Assembly (NCBI GenBank): GCA_964437505.1 | Contig: CAYTGU010000005.1 | Span: forward strand, 15,645 to 79,644 | DNA: 64,000 nucleotides | Source of the DNA: an uncultured bacterium | Lineage (GTDB): Bacteria > JAHJDO01 | Direction: 5' to 3' | Part shown: positions 27,777 through 36,715 of the stretch, piece after piece | Numbering within the stretch: the first letter of the stretch is position 1 | Layout of the letters: each line of letters begins with the position of its first letter | The notes under the pieces: model-generated | What the model saw: the letters and a program-made list of their open reading frames with translations, nothing else | Databases searched by the model: none | What the model was told of the DNA's origin: nothing | Position numbers and translations under genes: made by a program

Positions 27777-28604
27777 TTACTTTCTGTATTTTACAGGAAT
27801 AGCATTTAAATCTTCTCCAAAACGTAGATCTATATAGAGAAGTTTTTTCTTTTGAGTTTGTCCAAGTCTGCTTAGAAGATTCTCTAATATTACGAGCTTT
27901 TCTTCAAAGCCAGTTTTGCCCATTCTTATTTTTATTTCATTGTCTTGGCATATAAAATCGAGAATCAGGGCTTTAGATCTTTTAACATTTATGTTTTTTA
28001 ACCTGCCAAATTCAGCAAGTCTTCCCACATTATAGGTTTTTATAATTGTAATAATCTTTTTTATTAATTCAGACACTTCGGGGTTTTTTATTTTCAATCC
28101 TATTATTTCAGGTAAACCTCTTGATCCATTAAGCTTAATAATTACCCCATCCTCATCTATCCCATATATATTGTGGTCGCATGAGATCTGTCCAATAGGA
28201 ATTCTCTCTTTTATATTTACTAAAATTATATTCGGAAATGAGCGCTCAATAACGACAGACTTTACATCTGGTAGGGCTTCGTAGCGTGATCTCAACCTGT
28301 TGATATCAAGAGCAAAAATATTCTCACCTTTTATATCATTAATTTCTTTTAAAATAACCACATTATCAAGAAATTTATTATTATTTACAATAACATTATT
28401 AATACAGAAGTAATTTGAATGAATAATGAATTCTTTAAATCTTAATACTATGAAAAAAGCGGCGTATATGATTAACAGTAGACCTATTATTTTGCTTATT
28501 CGTAAGGCTCTTTTTTTAATCAGCATTTTATGTGGATGCGGCGCGGCAGAGACTCTAGGTGCTATTTTAACATTCCTGCGAAGTTTTGTTTTTCTACTTT
28601 TCAT
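27777..28604 (-). CDS. ftsQ: Cell division protein FtsQ/DivIB (POTRA domain).
   Basis: 275 aa with an N-terminal TM segment, then POTRA plus the FtsQ beta domain. It lies between ddl and ftsA. Confidence 0.75.
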   Translation of the reverse strand: MKSRKTKLRRNVKIAPRVSAAPHPHKMLIKKRALRISKIIGLLLIIYAAFFIVLRFKEFIIHSNYFCINNVIVNNNKFLDNVVILKEINDIKGENIFALDINRLRSRYEALPDVKSVVIERSFPNIILVNIKERIPIGQISCDHNIYGIDEDGVIIKLNGSRGLPEIIGLKIKNPEVSELIKKIITIIKTYNVGRLAEFGRLKNINVKRSKALILDFICQDNEIKIRMGKTGFEEKLVILENLLSRLGQTQKKKLLYIDLRFGEDLNAIPVKYRK

Positions 28605-29505
28605 TTTTCCTGATTGCCAGATCCAGTAATCTCAAGCAGAGTTCCATGAAACTTATTCCAGCAGCCTGTGCAGCTTTTGGCAGCAAACTGGTTTCTGTAA
28701 GTCCTGGAATTGTATTAATCTCCAGAACATAGGGATTGAGTTTGCTGTCAAGTTTCATATCCGCTCTTGACATTCCAGAGCATCCAAGCACTTTATGGGC
28801 ATTGAGAGCTATCTGTTTTATCTGGGCGTTTTTCTCCTCTTGAAGCTTTGCAGGCACAACAAAATCCGTGGATTCTTTCTTGTATTTTGCATTAAAATCA
28901 TAAAATCCGGACTTTGGAATAATTTCAATTACCGGCAAAGCTTTCTCCTCTAAGATGCCGACAGTTATTTCTTTCCCGTCTATATATTTTTCACATATTA
29001 TATTATCATCATAACAAAAGGCAGTCTCAAGAGCTTTCTTAAATTCATCTTCTTTTCTTACAATAGATATCCCGATTGTTGAACCCTCAGTAGACGGCTT
29101 AACAACTATAGGAAAGTTCTCCAAAGGATTAATATGACATTTGCCTTTGCTCACTACTCTAAACTCTGGAGTCGGAATTCCAGCAATCTGAAACAAACGC
29201 TTGGAAGCGATTTTATCCATAGAGAGAGCGCTTGCAAGAACTCCGGAACCTGTATATGGGATGTTTAATATATCAAGCATTCCCTGTATTGTTCCATCCT
29301 CTCCGGGCTTTCCATGAAGAGCAATAAATACCAGATCTATTTTCTCTTTTATCAGCCTGTCAGGTAACTCTCTATTAACATCAAAAGCAGTAACATTCAG
29401 CTGAGCTTCTTTAAGAGCCTTTAGCACACAATTCCCACTTTTAAGAGATATTTCTCTCTCTGAAGAAGGTCCTCCCATTAAAATAGCAATACGCCTATTT
29501 TTCAT
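28594..29505 (-). CDS. ddl: D-alanine--D-alanine ligase.
   Basis: 303 aa ATP-grasp fold with HGKPGEDGTIQG and the C-terminal E..N..PG motif. Confidence 0.9.
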   Translation of the reverse strand: MKNRRIAILMGGPSSEREISLKSGNCVLKALKEAQLNVTAFDVNRELPDRLIKEKIDLVFIALHGKPGEDGTIQGMLDILNIPYTGSGVLASALSMDKIASKRLFQIAGIPTPEFRVVSKGKCHINPLENFPIVVKPSTEGSTIGISIVRKEDEFKKALETAFCYDDNIICEKYIDGKEITVGILEEKALPVIEIIPKSGFYDFNAKYKKESTDFVVPAKLQEEKNAQIKQIALNAHKVLGCSGMSRADMKLDSKLNPYVLEINTIPGLTETSLLPKAAQAAGISFMELCLRLLDLAIRKNEK

Positions 29506-30440
29506 ATCCCTATTATTTTAATTTCTTCCTCTAATTTTACACCAGTTTTTTCAAAAACTATTAATTTAATTTTTTTAATAAGTTTGAGCACATCCTGAGC
29601 GTTTGCATTGCCACTATTAATAATAAAATTGGCATGTTTCTCTGAGACCTGCGCATCTCCAACAGCAAGCCCTTTTAACCCAGCTTCGTCAATTAATCTG
29701 CCGGCAGAATGTCCATTCTGATTTTTAAATATACACCCTGCGCTTGGTATGTCAAGAACCTGTGTGGACTTTTTGTGCTCCAAAAGCTGGGATATTCGTC
29801 CATTGATTTCTTTTTCTTTTCTGCACTCTAATTTTAGCTTTACCTCAAGTATTATGTATTCGGATAGGTTAGACTTGCGATATTCAAAATGCAGGCCATC
29901 TTTTTTAAGTTCAGATACATTGCCCTTCATATCAATTACTTTTACTGATTCAACAAAATCCCCAATTGACACATGCTCTATGTTTCGGATTTCGGATTTC
30001 GGATTTCGGATTTTTTTCGTCCCTGCATTCATGCTCACTGCGCCGCCAACAGTTCCTGGGATACCTGCTGCAAACTCAAGTCCTGCAAGAGCTTCTCTTG
30101 CCGCTTGTTTTAAGACTCTTGAGAGCAAAGCACCAGTTCCGCATATAATAGATTCTCCTTTTATTTTGATACCACATAACCCATGTTCCAAATTTAACAC
30201 AACACCTCTTATCCCTTTATCACTGATCAATACGTTCGTTCCCTTGCCAATGGTTGTAACGGGAATGTTGTAACTATTACAGAACATGAGAGTGTTTTTG
30301 ATATCTGAAATATCTTTCGGATATATCCAAACATCTGCAGAGCCTCCAATTCTAAAGGAGGTATGCTTGGCTAAGAGTTCATTAAACCTGATCTCTCCTC
30401 TTATCAAATTACGGAACTCTTTAGCTAATTCTTTATTCAT
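29502..30440 (-). CDS. murB: UDP-N-acetylenolpyruvoylglucosamine reductase.
   Basis: 312 aa FAD-binding fold (GGSADVW..., GTVGGAVSMNAG). It carries an internal heptamer repeat; see the repeat feature at 29983-30010. Confidence 0.88.
   Translation of the reverse strand: MNKELAKEFRNLIRGEIRFNELLAKHTSFRIGGSADVWIYPKDISDIKNTLMFCNSYNIPVTTIGKGTNVLISDKGIRGVVLNLEHGLCGIKIKGESIICGTGALLSRVLKQAAREALAGLEFAAGIPGTVGGAVSMNAGTKKIRNPKSEIRNIEHVSIGDFVESVKVIDMKGNVSELKKDGLHFEYRKSNLSEYIILEVKLKLECRKEKEINGRISQLLEHKKSTQVLDIPSAGCIFKNQNGHSAGRLIDEAGLKGLAVGDAQVSEKHANFIINSGNANAQDVLKLIKKIKLIVFEKTGVKLEEEIKIIGI
29983..30010. repeat. Perfect tandem heptamer (TTTCGGA)x4, immediately followed by T7, inside the murB coding sequence.
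   Basis: Read directly: tgTTTCGGATTTCGGATTTCGGATTTCGGAttttttt. On the coding strand it encodes KKIRNPKSEIRN. Confidence 0.95.
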
Positions 30441-31825
30441 ATTAATTTATCGGCAAGTTTCCCTGCTACTTCGGAAATATCACCTGCTCCCATAAAAAGC
30501 ATTATATCTCCTTTCTCCATAGTATTGCTCAGATAACTGAGAATTCTACTTTTGTCAGGAATATATACGGCATTTTTATAGCCATGATTCTTCATAGTAC
30601 TAAAGATTATATCTGTATTCGCTCCCTTTATAGGAGCTTCTCCTGCGCTGTATACATCGGTTAATATAACCTTATCAGCTTTTGATAGAGACACAGCGAA
30701 CTGTTTGTAAAGTTTTTCAGTTCTTGTGTATCTATGCGGTTGAAATACAGCCACAATACGCTTTTTCTCTAAGTTTTTGGCTGTTTCTAAAACGGATTTA
30801 ATTTCAGCCGGATGATGAGCATAATCATCTATAACCATTATGTTGCCGATATGCGCCTTAATCTGAAATCTTCTGTCAACACCCCTGAAACTTTGCAGGC
30901 TTTCCTTAACTGCATCAAAGGATAATCCTATTTCCATACCAAGCGCAATTGCTGAAAGCGCATTAAGCACATTATGTTTTCCAGGAACACTGAGCGGAAA
31001 AGAGCCCAGTAATTCAGTATTTTTGTATACATCAAAACGTGTTGAAAGTCCTTCGCATATCAGGTTGTCAGCCCGTATATCAGCATTTTTGCTCATTCCA
31101 TAGGTTGTTATTGGAGTTTTAATTTTTTTTTTATGTAGTTTTGAAACCAGTTCTTTTACATTATTATTGTCAATGCAACAAAATATCCTGCCGGATTTAT
31201 CTATATGTTCTGCAAAATTGAGAAACGCATTTATAATATCTCCAAGATTCTCATAATGCTCCAGATGGTCTTCATCAATATTTGTAATAATGCCGAAATA
31301 CGGATTTAGTTTCAGAAAGGATTTATCGCTTTCGTCAGCCTCTGCTACAAACCATGGGCTTGCTCCAAAGCGGGCATTTCCCCCTAAAGAACTAATTTCA
31401 CCGCCTACAATTACTGTCGGGTCATACTCTGTTTCTATAAGCATATGCGCAATCATTGATGTTACTGTGGTTTTTCCATGACAACCTGTTACAAATATGC
31501 TCTTTTTGTTATTTGCCATTTTTGCGAGCAGTTCTGCTCTGTGAATTATTGGGATTTTTCTTTTTCTGGCCTCAACAAGTTCAGGGTTAGACTTTGAAAT
31601 AGCTGTGGAATAAACGATAAGATCCTGGCTGTTTATGTGCATGGAATTATGACCAGTGAAGATATGCGCGCCGTTTAGTCTTAGTTTATTGGTTATTGAT
31701 GAAGGTTTCTGGTCCGAGCCACTTACCTGATATCCTGATTTAAGTAGGATATAGGCAATCCCGCTCATTCCTATCCCACCAATACCAACAAAATGAATAG
31801 ATTTAGTTTCTTTTTGTATCATCAA
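30437..31825 (-). CDS. murC: UDP-N-acetylmuramate--L-alanine ligase.
   Basis: 462 aa with HFVGIGGIGMSG and GTHGKTTT Mur ligase motifs. Confidence 0.9.
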   Translation of the reverse strand: MMIQKETKSIHFVGIGGIGMSGIAYILLKSGYQVSGSDQKPSSITNKLRLNGAHIFTGHNSMHINSQDLIVYSTAISKSNPELVEARKRKIPIIHRAELLAKMANNKKSIFVTGCHGKTTVTSMIAHMLIETEYDPTVIVGGEISSLGGNARFGASPWFVAEADESDKSFLKLNPYFGIITNIDEDHLEHYENLGDIINAFLNFAEHIDKSGRIFCCIDNNNVKELVSKLHKKKIKTPITTYGMSKNADIRADNLICEGLSTRFDVYKNTELLGSFPLSVPGKHNVLNALSAIALGMEIGLSFDAVKESLQSFRGVDRRFQIKAHIGNIMVIDDYAHHPAEIKSVLETAKNLEKKRIVAVFQPHRYTRTEKLYKQFAVSLSKADKVILTDVYSAGEAPIKGANTDIIFSTMKNHGYKNAVYIPDKSRILSYLSNTMEKGDIMLFMGAGDISEVAGKLADKLI

Positions 31826-33500
31826 TCAATATAAAATCAATTAGTCTCTTATCGCTATTCACTTTAACTATTTTTGCCTTTACTGAATCTCCAAGCTGGA
31901 ATCTTCTCTTTGTGCGTCTTCCTACAAGCGCAAACTGTTTCTCAGAGAAAGTGTAGTAGTCATTCTTTAATGCGCTGACATGAACAAGCCCTTCAGCAAG
32001 AGTATCACTAAGCTCAATAAATAAGCCATATGGCTGAACACCGGATATTACCCCTTCAAATATGTCTCCCACTTTATTTTTCATAAACTCAACCTGTTTT
32101 AACTTAATTGTTTCTCTTTCTATTTTAAGAGCTATTTGCTCTCTTTCAGAAGCAATGCCTGCAATCTCAGGAAGGTTATCCATTCGGTTTTTAAACTTGT
32201 TTTTAAGAATTCTGTGAACAATTAAGTCAGGATAGCGCCTGATAGGGGAGGTAAAATGAGTATAGCAGTTTAATGCAAGCCCGAAGTGCCCAACATTCTT
32301 GGTGGAATATATTGCTTTTTGCATGCATGTTAAAAGGATCTGGCTAATAAGAACGTGGTCCTTTTCCCCATTTGTTTTATGCAGGAATCTCTGTATGTAT
32401 TTTGGATTTTTGGATTTATTTTGATCAAATTTGTAATTCAGCGTTTTTGCAAGCATTGCAAAGTCTTTTATTTTTAGGTCGTCTGGAGTTTCATGAATAC
32501 GATAGATCATAGGAACCTTATTCTTAGTAATGTATTCTGCTACGCACTGATTTGCAAGAAGCATGAATTCCTCGATCAAAACATGACTGGATAATCTCTT
32601 CTTCTTTTGAATATCAAGAACTTTCCCATTCCCGTCAAGCGAGATTTTAACCTCGGGGACATCAAAATCAATGTATCCTCTATCCAATCTTTTTTTATCT
32701 AATATCTTGCTTAGTTTGTACATAATTTTTAGAGCTGATGATATTCCTGTGTGTTTACTTGCCTCGTTAGAATATATCAATTCTTCTGCAGATTCATATG
32801 ATAACCTTGCCTTGCTTTTGATTATGCTCTCAAAGATTTCGTATTCTGTAATATTGCCCTGCGCATCTATTTTTATCATGACTGTTAAAGTTAATCTGTT
32901 TTCGTCAGGCTTTAAACTGCACAGATTCTCAGAAAGCTTGGAAGGCAGCATTGGAATCACTTTATCAGGCAGGTATATGCTTGTTCCTCTGGAAAGAGCT
33001 TGGTTGTCTATATGCTTATTTTTATTTACATAATGATCAACATCCGCTATGTGAACGCCCAGTGAGAAACCTCCTTTCTCAGTTTTCTCGATAGATACTG
33101 CATCGTCAAAATCCTTTGCATCTTCAGGGTCTATTGTAAAACATGTAAGTTCTGTTAGGTTGCGGCGCTTTTTAATTTCTTCTTTAGAAATAAACGGATC
33201 AATTCTTTCACATTCTTCTATTACTGATTTAGGAAAAGTTGGTGATATTTTAAATTCTTCTAAAATACTCTTAATAGGATCAACTATCTTTGAAGCGGTA
33301 TATCTGCCACCTCTGTCTTTCACAATTAGTCCTTGTTTGAAAATTTCCTTTACAGTGCGGCGAAATTTTGGATATGCAGTTCTGTGAATGCCCATTGTTC
33401 TTGCTAGTTCTTTTATTTTTAATGGACGCTTTGATTTTTTAAGACAAGATATAATTTTATCTGTAAGGGGACTTCGATATTCGGATTCGGAAATTTTCAC
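31803..33500 (-). CDS. rnr: RNase II/R-family 3'-5' exoribonuclease (short RNase R-like, with an N-terminal winged-helix and a C-terminal S1 domain).
   Basis: 565 aa with an RNB catalytic region (FTIDPEDAKDFDDAVS) and a C-terminal S1 domain (GDIFEGVISGV...). Confidence 0.8.
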   Translation of the reverse strand: MKISESEYRSPLTDKIISCLKKSKRPLKIKELARTMGIHRTAYPKFRRTVKEIFKQGLIVKDRGGRYTASKIVDPIKSILEEFKISPTFPKSVIEECERIDPFISKEEIKKRRNLTELTCFTIDPEDAKDFDDAVSIEKTEKGGFSLGVHIADVDHYVNKNKHIDNQALSRGTSIYLPDKVIPMLPSKLSENLCSLKPDENRLTLTVMIKIDAQGNITEYEIFESIIKSKARLSYESAEELIYSNEASKHTGISSALKIMYKLSKILDKKRLDRGYIDFDVPEVKISLDGNGKVLDIQKKKRLSSHVLIEEFMLLANQCVAEYITKNKVPMIYRIHETPDDLKIKDFAMLAKTLNYKFDQNKSKNPKYIQRFLHKTNGEKDHVLISQILLTCMQKAIYSTKNVGHFGLALNCYTHFTSPIRRYPDLIVHRILKNKFKNRMDNLPEIAGIASEREQIALKIERETIKLKQVEFMKNKVGDIFEGVISGVQPYGLFIELSDTLAEGLVHVSALKNDYYTFSEKQFALVGRRTKRRFQLGDSVKAKIVKVNSDKRLIDFILIDDTKRN

Positions 33501-33511
33501 TTTAAAATGTC

Positions 33512-33578
33512 CCCTCTGTCATTGCTGAGAGTGAAATTCTCGGCCACGCCGCTACGCTTCTCGCAATGTCATTTTTGC
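33512..33578 (+). repeat. Copy A of a ~55-nt repeat element (core ...GAGAGTGAAATTCTCGGCCACGCCGCTACGCTTCTCGCAATGTCATTTTT). It lies downstream of the MNT gene and can fold as an imperfect hairpin.
   Basis: Read directly. It is homologous to copy B (34345-34397, same orientation) and copy C (25846-25886, opposite orientation). Confidence 0.7.
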
Positions 33579-33590
33579 TATTAAATGAGG

Positions 33591-33920
33591 TCAAGAAATC
33601 TCTATGCCGAATTTTCTAATCTCAATAATAAGCGGAGAATCATGATTTCTGTATTCTTGCAGAGAAACAGGAATTGGTTCAATACGAGTATCTATCCTGC
33701 GGGTTTTTTTTAAAAGAAATTGAAGTTCGTCTGTGGTGTCCTTCCCGAATTTAGAAGAAATAATGCAAAGGTCAATGTCGCTTTCTTTTTTTGCTTTCCC
33801 TCTGGCATAGGAACCAAAAAGAATTAATTTCTCAACAGGCGTACCTTCTTCCTCTAAGAGATTTCTAAACCTTAAAGCGATATTTTGTATGTTTTTTCTT
33901 ATAGTTTTCTTTTTAGCCAT
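33591..33920 (-). CDS. Nucleotidyltransferase (MNT-type), the antitoxin partner of the HEPN toxin.
   Basis: 109 aa with the GSYARG...DIDL minimal nucleotidyltransferase motif. It overlaps the HEPN gene. Confidence 0.8.
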   Translation of the reverse strand: MAKKKTIRKNIQNIALRFRNLLEEEGTPVEKLILFGSYARGKAKKESDIDLCIISSKFGKDTTDELQFLLKKTRRIDTRIEPIPVSLQEYRNHDSPLIIEIRKFGIEIS

Positions 33921-34285
33921 AGATATATGTCCTTCGCTCTCTTAAAATATCCTTCCGTATATTCTTTAGTTGCTTTTTTGAAAAATTTGCGTTTATAGTC
34001 ATTATACCTTGCCTCAATGTTAAAACTGGTTATTTCAGCCAAAAGATCTAATTGTTCTTCAGAAAATTCGATACCACTTAATTCTGACAATCTTACTAAA
34101 TTATGTACATAAGGAGCTTGCTGTTTTGTTTTCTTGACCACCAATGATTTAATAATCTTCTCAAGAAATAAATGACAAAAGAAAAGACAATGATGATATC
34201 TCTTTGAGATGAAAAGACTTTTAGCGGTTTTAAGGTCATCTTCAGCCCCTTCAAACCAGTAATTAATCATCTCGCTAATTTTCAT
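33899..34285 (-). CDS. HEPN-domain protein, the toxin of a HEPN/MNT type II or VII TA module.
   Basis: 128 aa helical protein with the typical HEPN layout and an E..RY-like C-terminal region (NIEARYNDY). It is co-oriented with, and overlaps, the MNT gene. Confidence 0.75.
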   Translation of the reverse strand: MKISEMINYWFEGAEDDLKTAKSLFISKRYHHCLFFCHLFLEKIIKSLVVKKTKQQAPYVHNLVRLSELSGIEFSEEQLDLLAEITSFNIEARYNDYKRKFFKKATKEYTEGYFKRAKDIYLWLKRKL

Positions 34286-34344
34286 GTTTCTATTTTATCA
34301 CCTCTCTCATAAAAATCCACTAATATTTATATTTGATCAAGTCG

Positions 34345-34397
34345 GAGAGTCACAGAGAGATTGCTTCGTCGCTTACACTTCTCGCAATGACATTTTA
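34345..34397 (+). repeat. Copy B of the same repeat element (GAGAGTCACAGAGAGATTGCTTCGTCGCTTACACTTCTCGCAATGACATTTTA). It lies between the ppiD-like stop and the HEPN start.
   Basis: Read directly. It forms a direct repeat with copy A across the HEPN/MNT cassette. Confidence 0.7.
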
Positions 34398-35858
34398 GTC
34401 TAGAGATGTGGATTTAGATCGTATTTTATCAAGATTATTTACAATCTTTGCTTCCTGCTTTAGGTTTTTGAACCATTTCTCATATACTAACTGCTTCTTT
34501 TTTTGCATAAGAGTCTGTTTTATCTGTTCCTTCTGTGCATCAAATTCTTCTTTATCAGCGGCTTTTTTCTCAACAAGTTCAATCACAAATATACGTTGGG
34601 GTTCTGACACTTTTTTTATATCATCTTTTTTTAGGAGGAACACTTCTGCTATGAGTTTAGGGGCATATCCTAGGTCTTTTGCATACACTCCTCTTTCAAA
34701 AAACTCTGTTTGCTTAATCTCATAACCGGACTTTTTTGCCAACTTTTCAATGTTTTTTGCCCCGAACCGAGATTCTCTGGTTCGGGGAAATTTTTTAATG
34801 AACTCATCTGCTTTTTTCTCAGCTAGTTCCTTTGCTTTAAGAACAGTTAATCTTTTGCGTACTTCATCCTTCACTTCTTCTATCTGATCAGGTATGTAGG
34901 ATGGTTTTAGATCCACAAGTCTTAATATACAAAATCCTTTAGCTGTTTTAACAGGGTTGCTTATATCATCTTTGCTAAGAGAAAATGCGCTTTGAGAAAA
35001 CTCACGGGAATGGCCTATTTCTAAAATTTCCTCTGTTTCTGCGAAATACCCGGTCTGCTTTGATGAGAGGTTCTCTTTCTTCAATACCTCTTTCCATTTA
35101 TTTTCTTCTCCCAGGTCAATAGAAAGATCATATGCTCTCTCTTCATCTTTAATAAGAACGTATTCTATATTAACCCTATCAGGCTGCTTGAACGACTTTT
35201 TATTCTTAGAAAAATATTCAGTAATATCTTCATCATTCACAGATACCTTAGTTTCGAATTCATCTACACTGAAGCGTATATATTTGATTTTTACTTTTTC
35301 GTTTTTTACCATAAATTCGTCTAAAATTACATTGTCGCTTATTATAACTGGCTCAGTGATTCTTTTCCAAAGATGCTCAAGTGCAAGAGATTGCCTAATC
35401 CCGTTCTCAATTCTTTGCCACTGAGAAGCAGGGATGCCGTTTACATACTGTTCAAACTTTGCCTTATCAAACCCGCCTTTCTTGTTTTTAAATACAGGAT
35501 CTTGTTTTATCCTATCTATAATCTCTTTATCTGATATTTTTATACGCTGTTTCTTTATCTCCTGCATAAGGAGTCTTTGGTCTATTAATTGATTTAGAAC
35601 CTGTTTCTCTAAGTCCAGATTTTTTTTGATTCTGTCAAATTGATCTCCATACATTTTTCTATAATTTCTCTCCGTACTTATTAGAGCATAGCTGAACTCT
35701 TCATGCTTGATAACATCTCCATTCACTTTTGCTACAGCAATATTCGTTTTTGCTTTGAATGTCATATGCATTCCCCATGAAAAGAATATTGTAGCTAGGA
35801 AGCTTAATGCCGTTATCCACATTATTGGCTTCATGTTCTTTCTTATAGACTTAAGCAC
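34395..35858 (-). CDS. Periplasmic chaperone / peptidyl-prolyl isomerase PpiD-like (SurA N-terminal-like plus PpiC rotamase domains), N-terminally membrane-anchored.
   Basis: 487 aa with an N-terminal TM segment (IMWITALSFLATIFF) and a parvulin-type domain. Confidence 0.7.
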   Translation of the reverse strand: MLKSIRKNMKPIMWITALSFLATIFFSWGMHMTFKAKTNIAVAKVNGDVIKHEEFSYALISTERNYRKMYGDQFDRIKKNLDLEKQVLNQLIDQRLLMQEIKKQRIKISDKEIIDRIKQDPVFKNKKGGFDKAKFEQYVNGIPASQWQRIENGIRQSLALEHLWKRITEPVIISDNVILDEFMVKNEKVKIKYIRFSVDEFETKVSVNDEDITEYFSKNKKSFKQPDRVNIEYVLIKDEERAYDLSIDLGEENKWKEVLKKENLSSKQTGYFAETEEILEIGHSREFSQSAFSLSKDDISNPVKTAKGFCILRLVDLKPSYIPDQIEEVKDEVRKRLTVLKAKELAEKKADEFIKKFPRTRESRFGAKNIEKLAKKSGYEIKQTEFFERGVYAKDLGYAPKLIAEVFLLKKDDIKKVSEPQRIFVIELVEKKAADKEEFDAQKEQIKQTLMQKKKQLVYEKWFKNLKQEAKIVNNLDKIRSKSTSLD

Positions 35859-35882
35859 TGTTTTTTCTCCTGATTCAAAAAG

Positions 35883-35956
35883 TACGCCAGGAGGGATTCG
35901 AACCCCCGGCCCTCTGCTTAGAAGGCAGATGCTCTATCCAACTGAGCTACTGGCGC
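35883..35956 (-). tRNA. tRNA-Arg (anticodon TCT).
   Basis: Reverse complement GCGCCAGTAGCTCAGTTGGATAGAGCATCTGCCTTCTAAGCAGAGGGCCGGGGGTTCGAATCCCTCCTGGCGTA. The anticodon loop is CTTCTAA and the acceptor stem again has G1·U72. Confidence 0.8.
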
Positions 35957-36052
35957 AGGCATAATTGCAGGTATGTTAGCAAAAAGCGCAACCCAGTTCA
36001 AGGTACAAATTCCAATAGACAAAACAGCATGTAATGTTATAATCGGTCTGTT

Positions 36053-36715
36053 ATGAAAAGAGGGTTTTTATTAACATTGGAGGGACCTGAGGGTAGTGGG
36101 AAATCCACGCATTCCAAGTTACTCGCTAGTTATCTTACTCAGAAAGGAATTAAGATTTATTGCACAAGAGAGCCGGGTAGCACAGCATTAGGAGAAAAAA
36201 TGAGGCAATTACTGCTCTCTCCTATGCACAAGAATATGTCAATAAGGACCGAATTACTGCTGTATGAAGCAGCGCGAGCGCAGCATGTTGATGAGATTAT
36301 TATCCCTGCATTAGGGAAAAACATTGCTGTAATCTGTGATCGTTTCTATGATGCTACATTTGCATATCAAGGGTATGGAAGAAAAATAGATCTGAATATT
36401 GTAAAGTACATAAATGACTTTGCTGTGAACAAGGTAAAACCAGATCTGACAATTCTTTTGGATATTGATGTGAATGTTGGGTTAAAAAAATCCTCGCATT
36501 TATCAAAGGATTCTTTTTTGGGAGGAGAGAGTGACAGGATTGAGCAGGAAGATATTGAATTTCATAAAAGAGTGCGGGAAGGATATCTCAATCTTGCAAA
36601 AAGAGAGCCGGAACGTATAAAGGTGGTAATGGTAAAAGATGAGATTAGCAAGACACAGTTAGAAATTCAGAGATATGTAGACGATTTATTGAAAAGAAAT
36701 AATTATGTCATTTAA
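36053..36715 (+). CDS. tmk: Thymidylate kinase.
   Basis: Contains LEGPEGSGKST (P-loop) and DRF, with a lid region. Confidence 0.9.
   Translation: MKRGFLLTLEGPEGSGKSTHSKLLASYLTQKGIKIYCTREPGSTALGEKMRQLLLSPMHKNMSIRTELLLYEAARAQHVDEIIIPALGKNIAVICDRFYDATFAYQGYGRKIDLNIVKYINDFAVNKVKPDLTILLDIDVNVGLKKSSHLSKDSFLGGESDRIEQEDIEFHKRVREGYLNLAKREPERIKVVMVKDEISKTQLEIQRYVDDLLKRNNYVI

Noticed and set aside
33501-34400. Classic integron attC sites flanking the HEPN/MNT cassette.
   Set aside because: The repeats lack recognisable R''/R' core sites (RYYYAAC / GTTRRRY), and no intI gene is nearby. I described them only as a novel repeat family.
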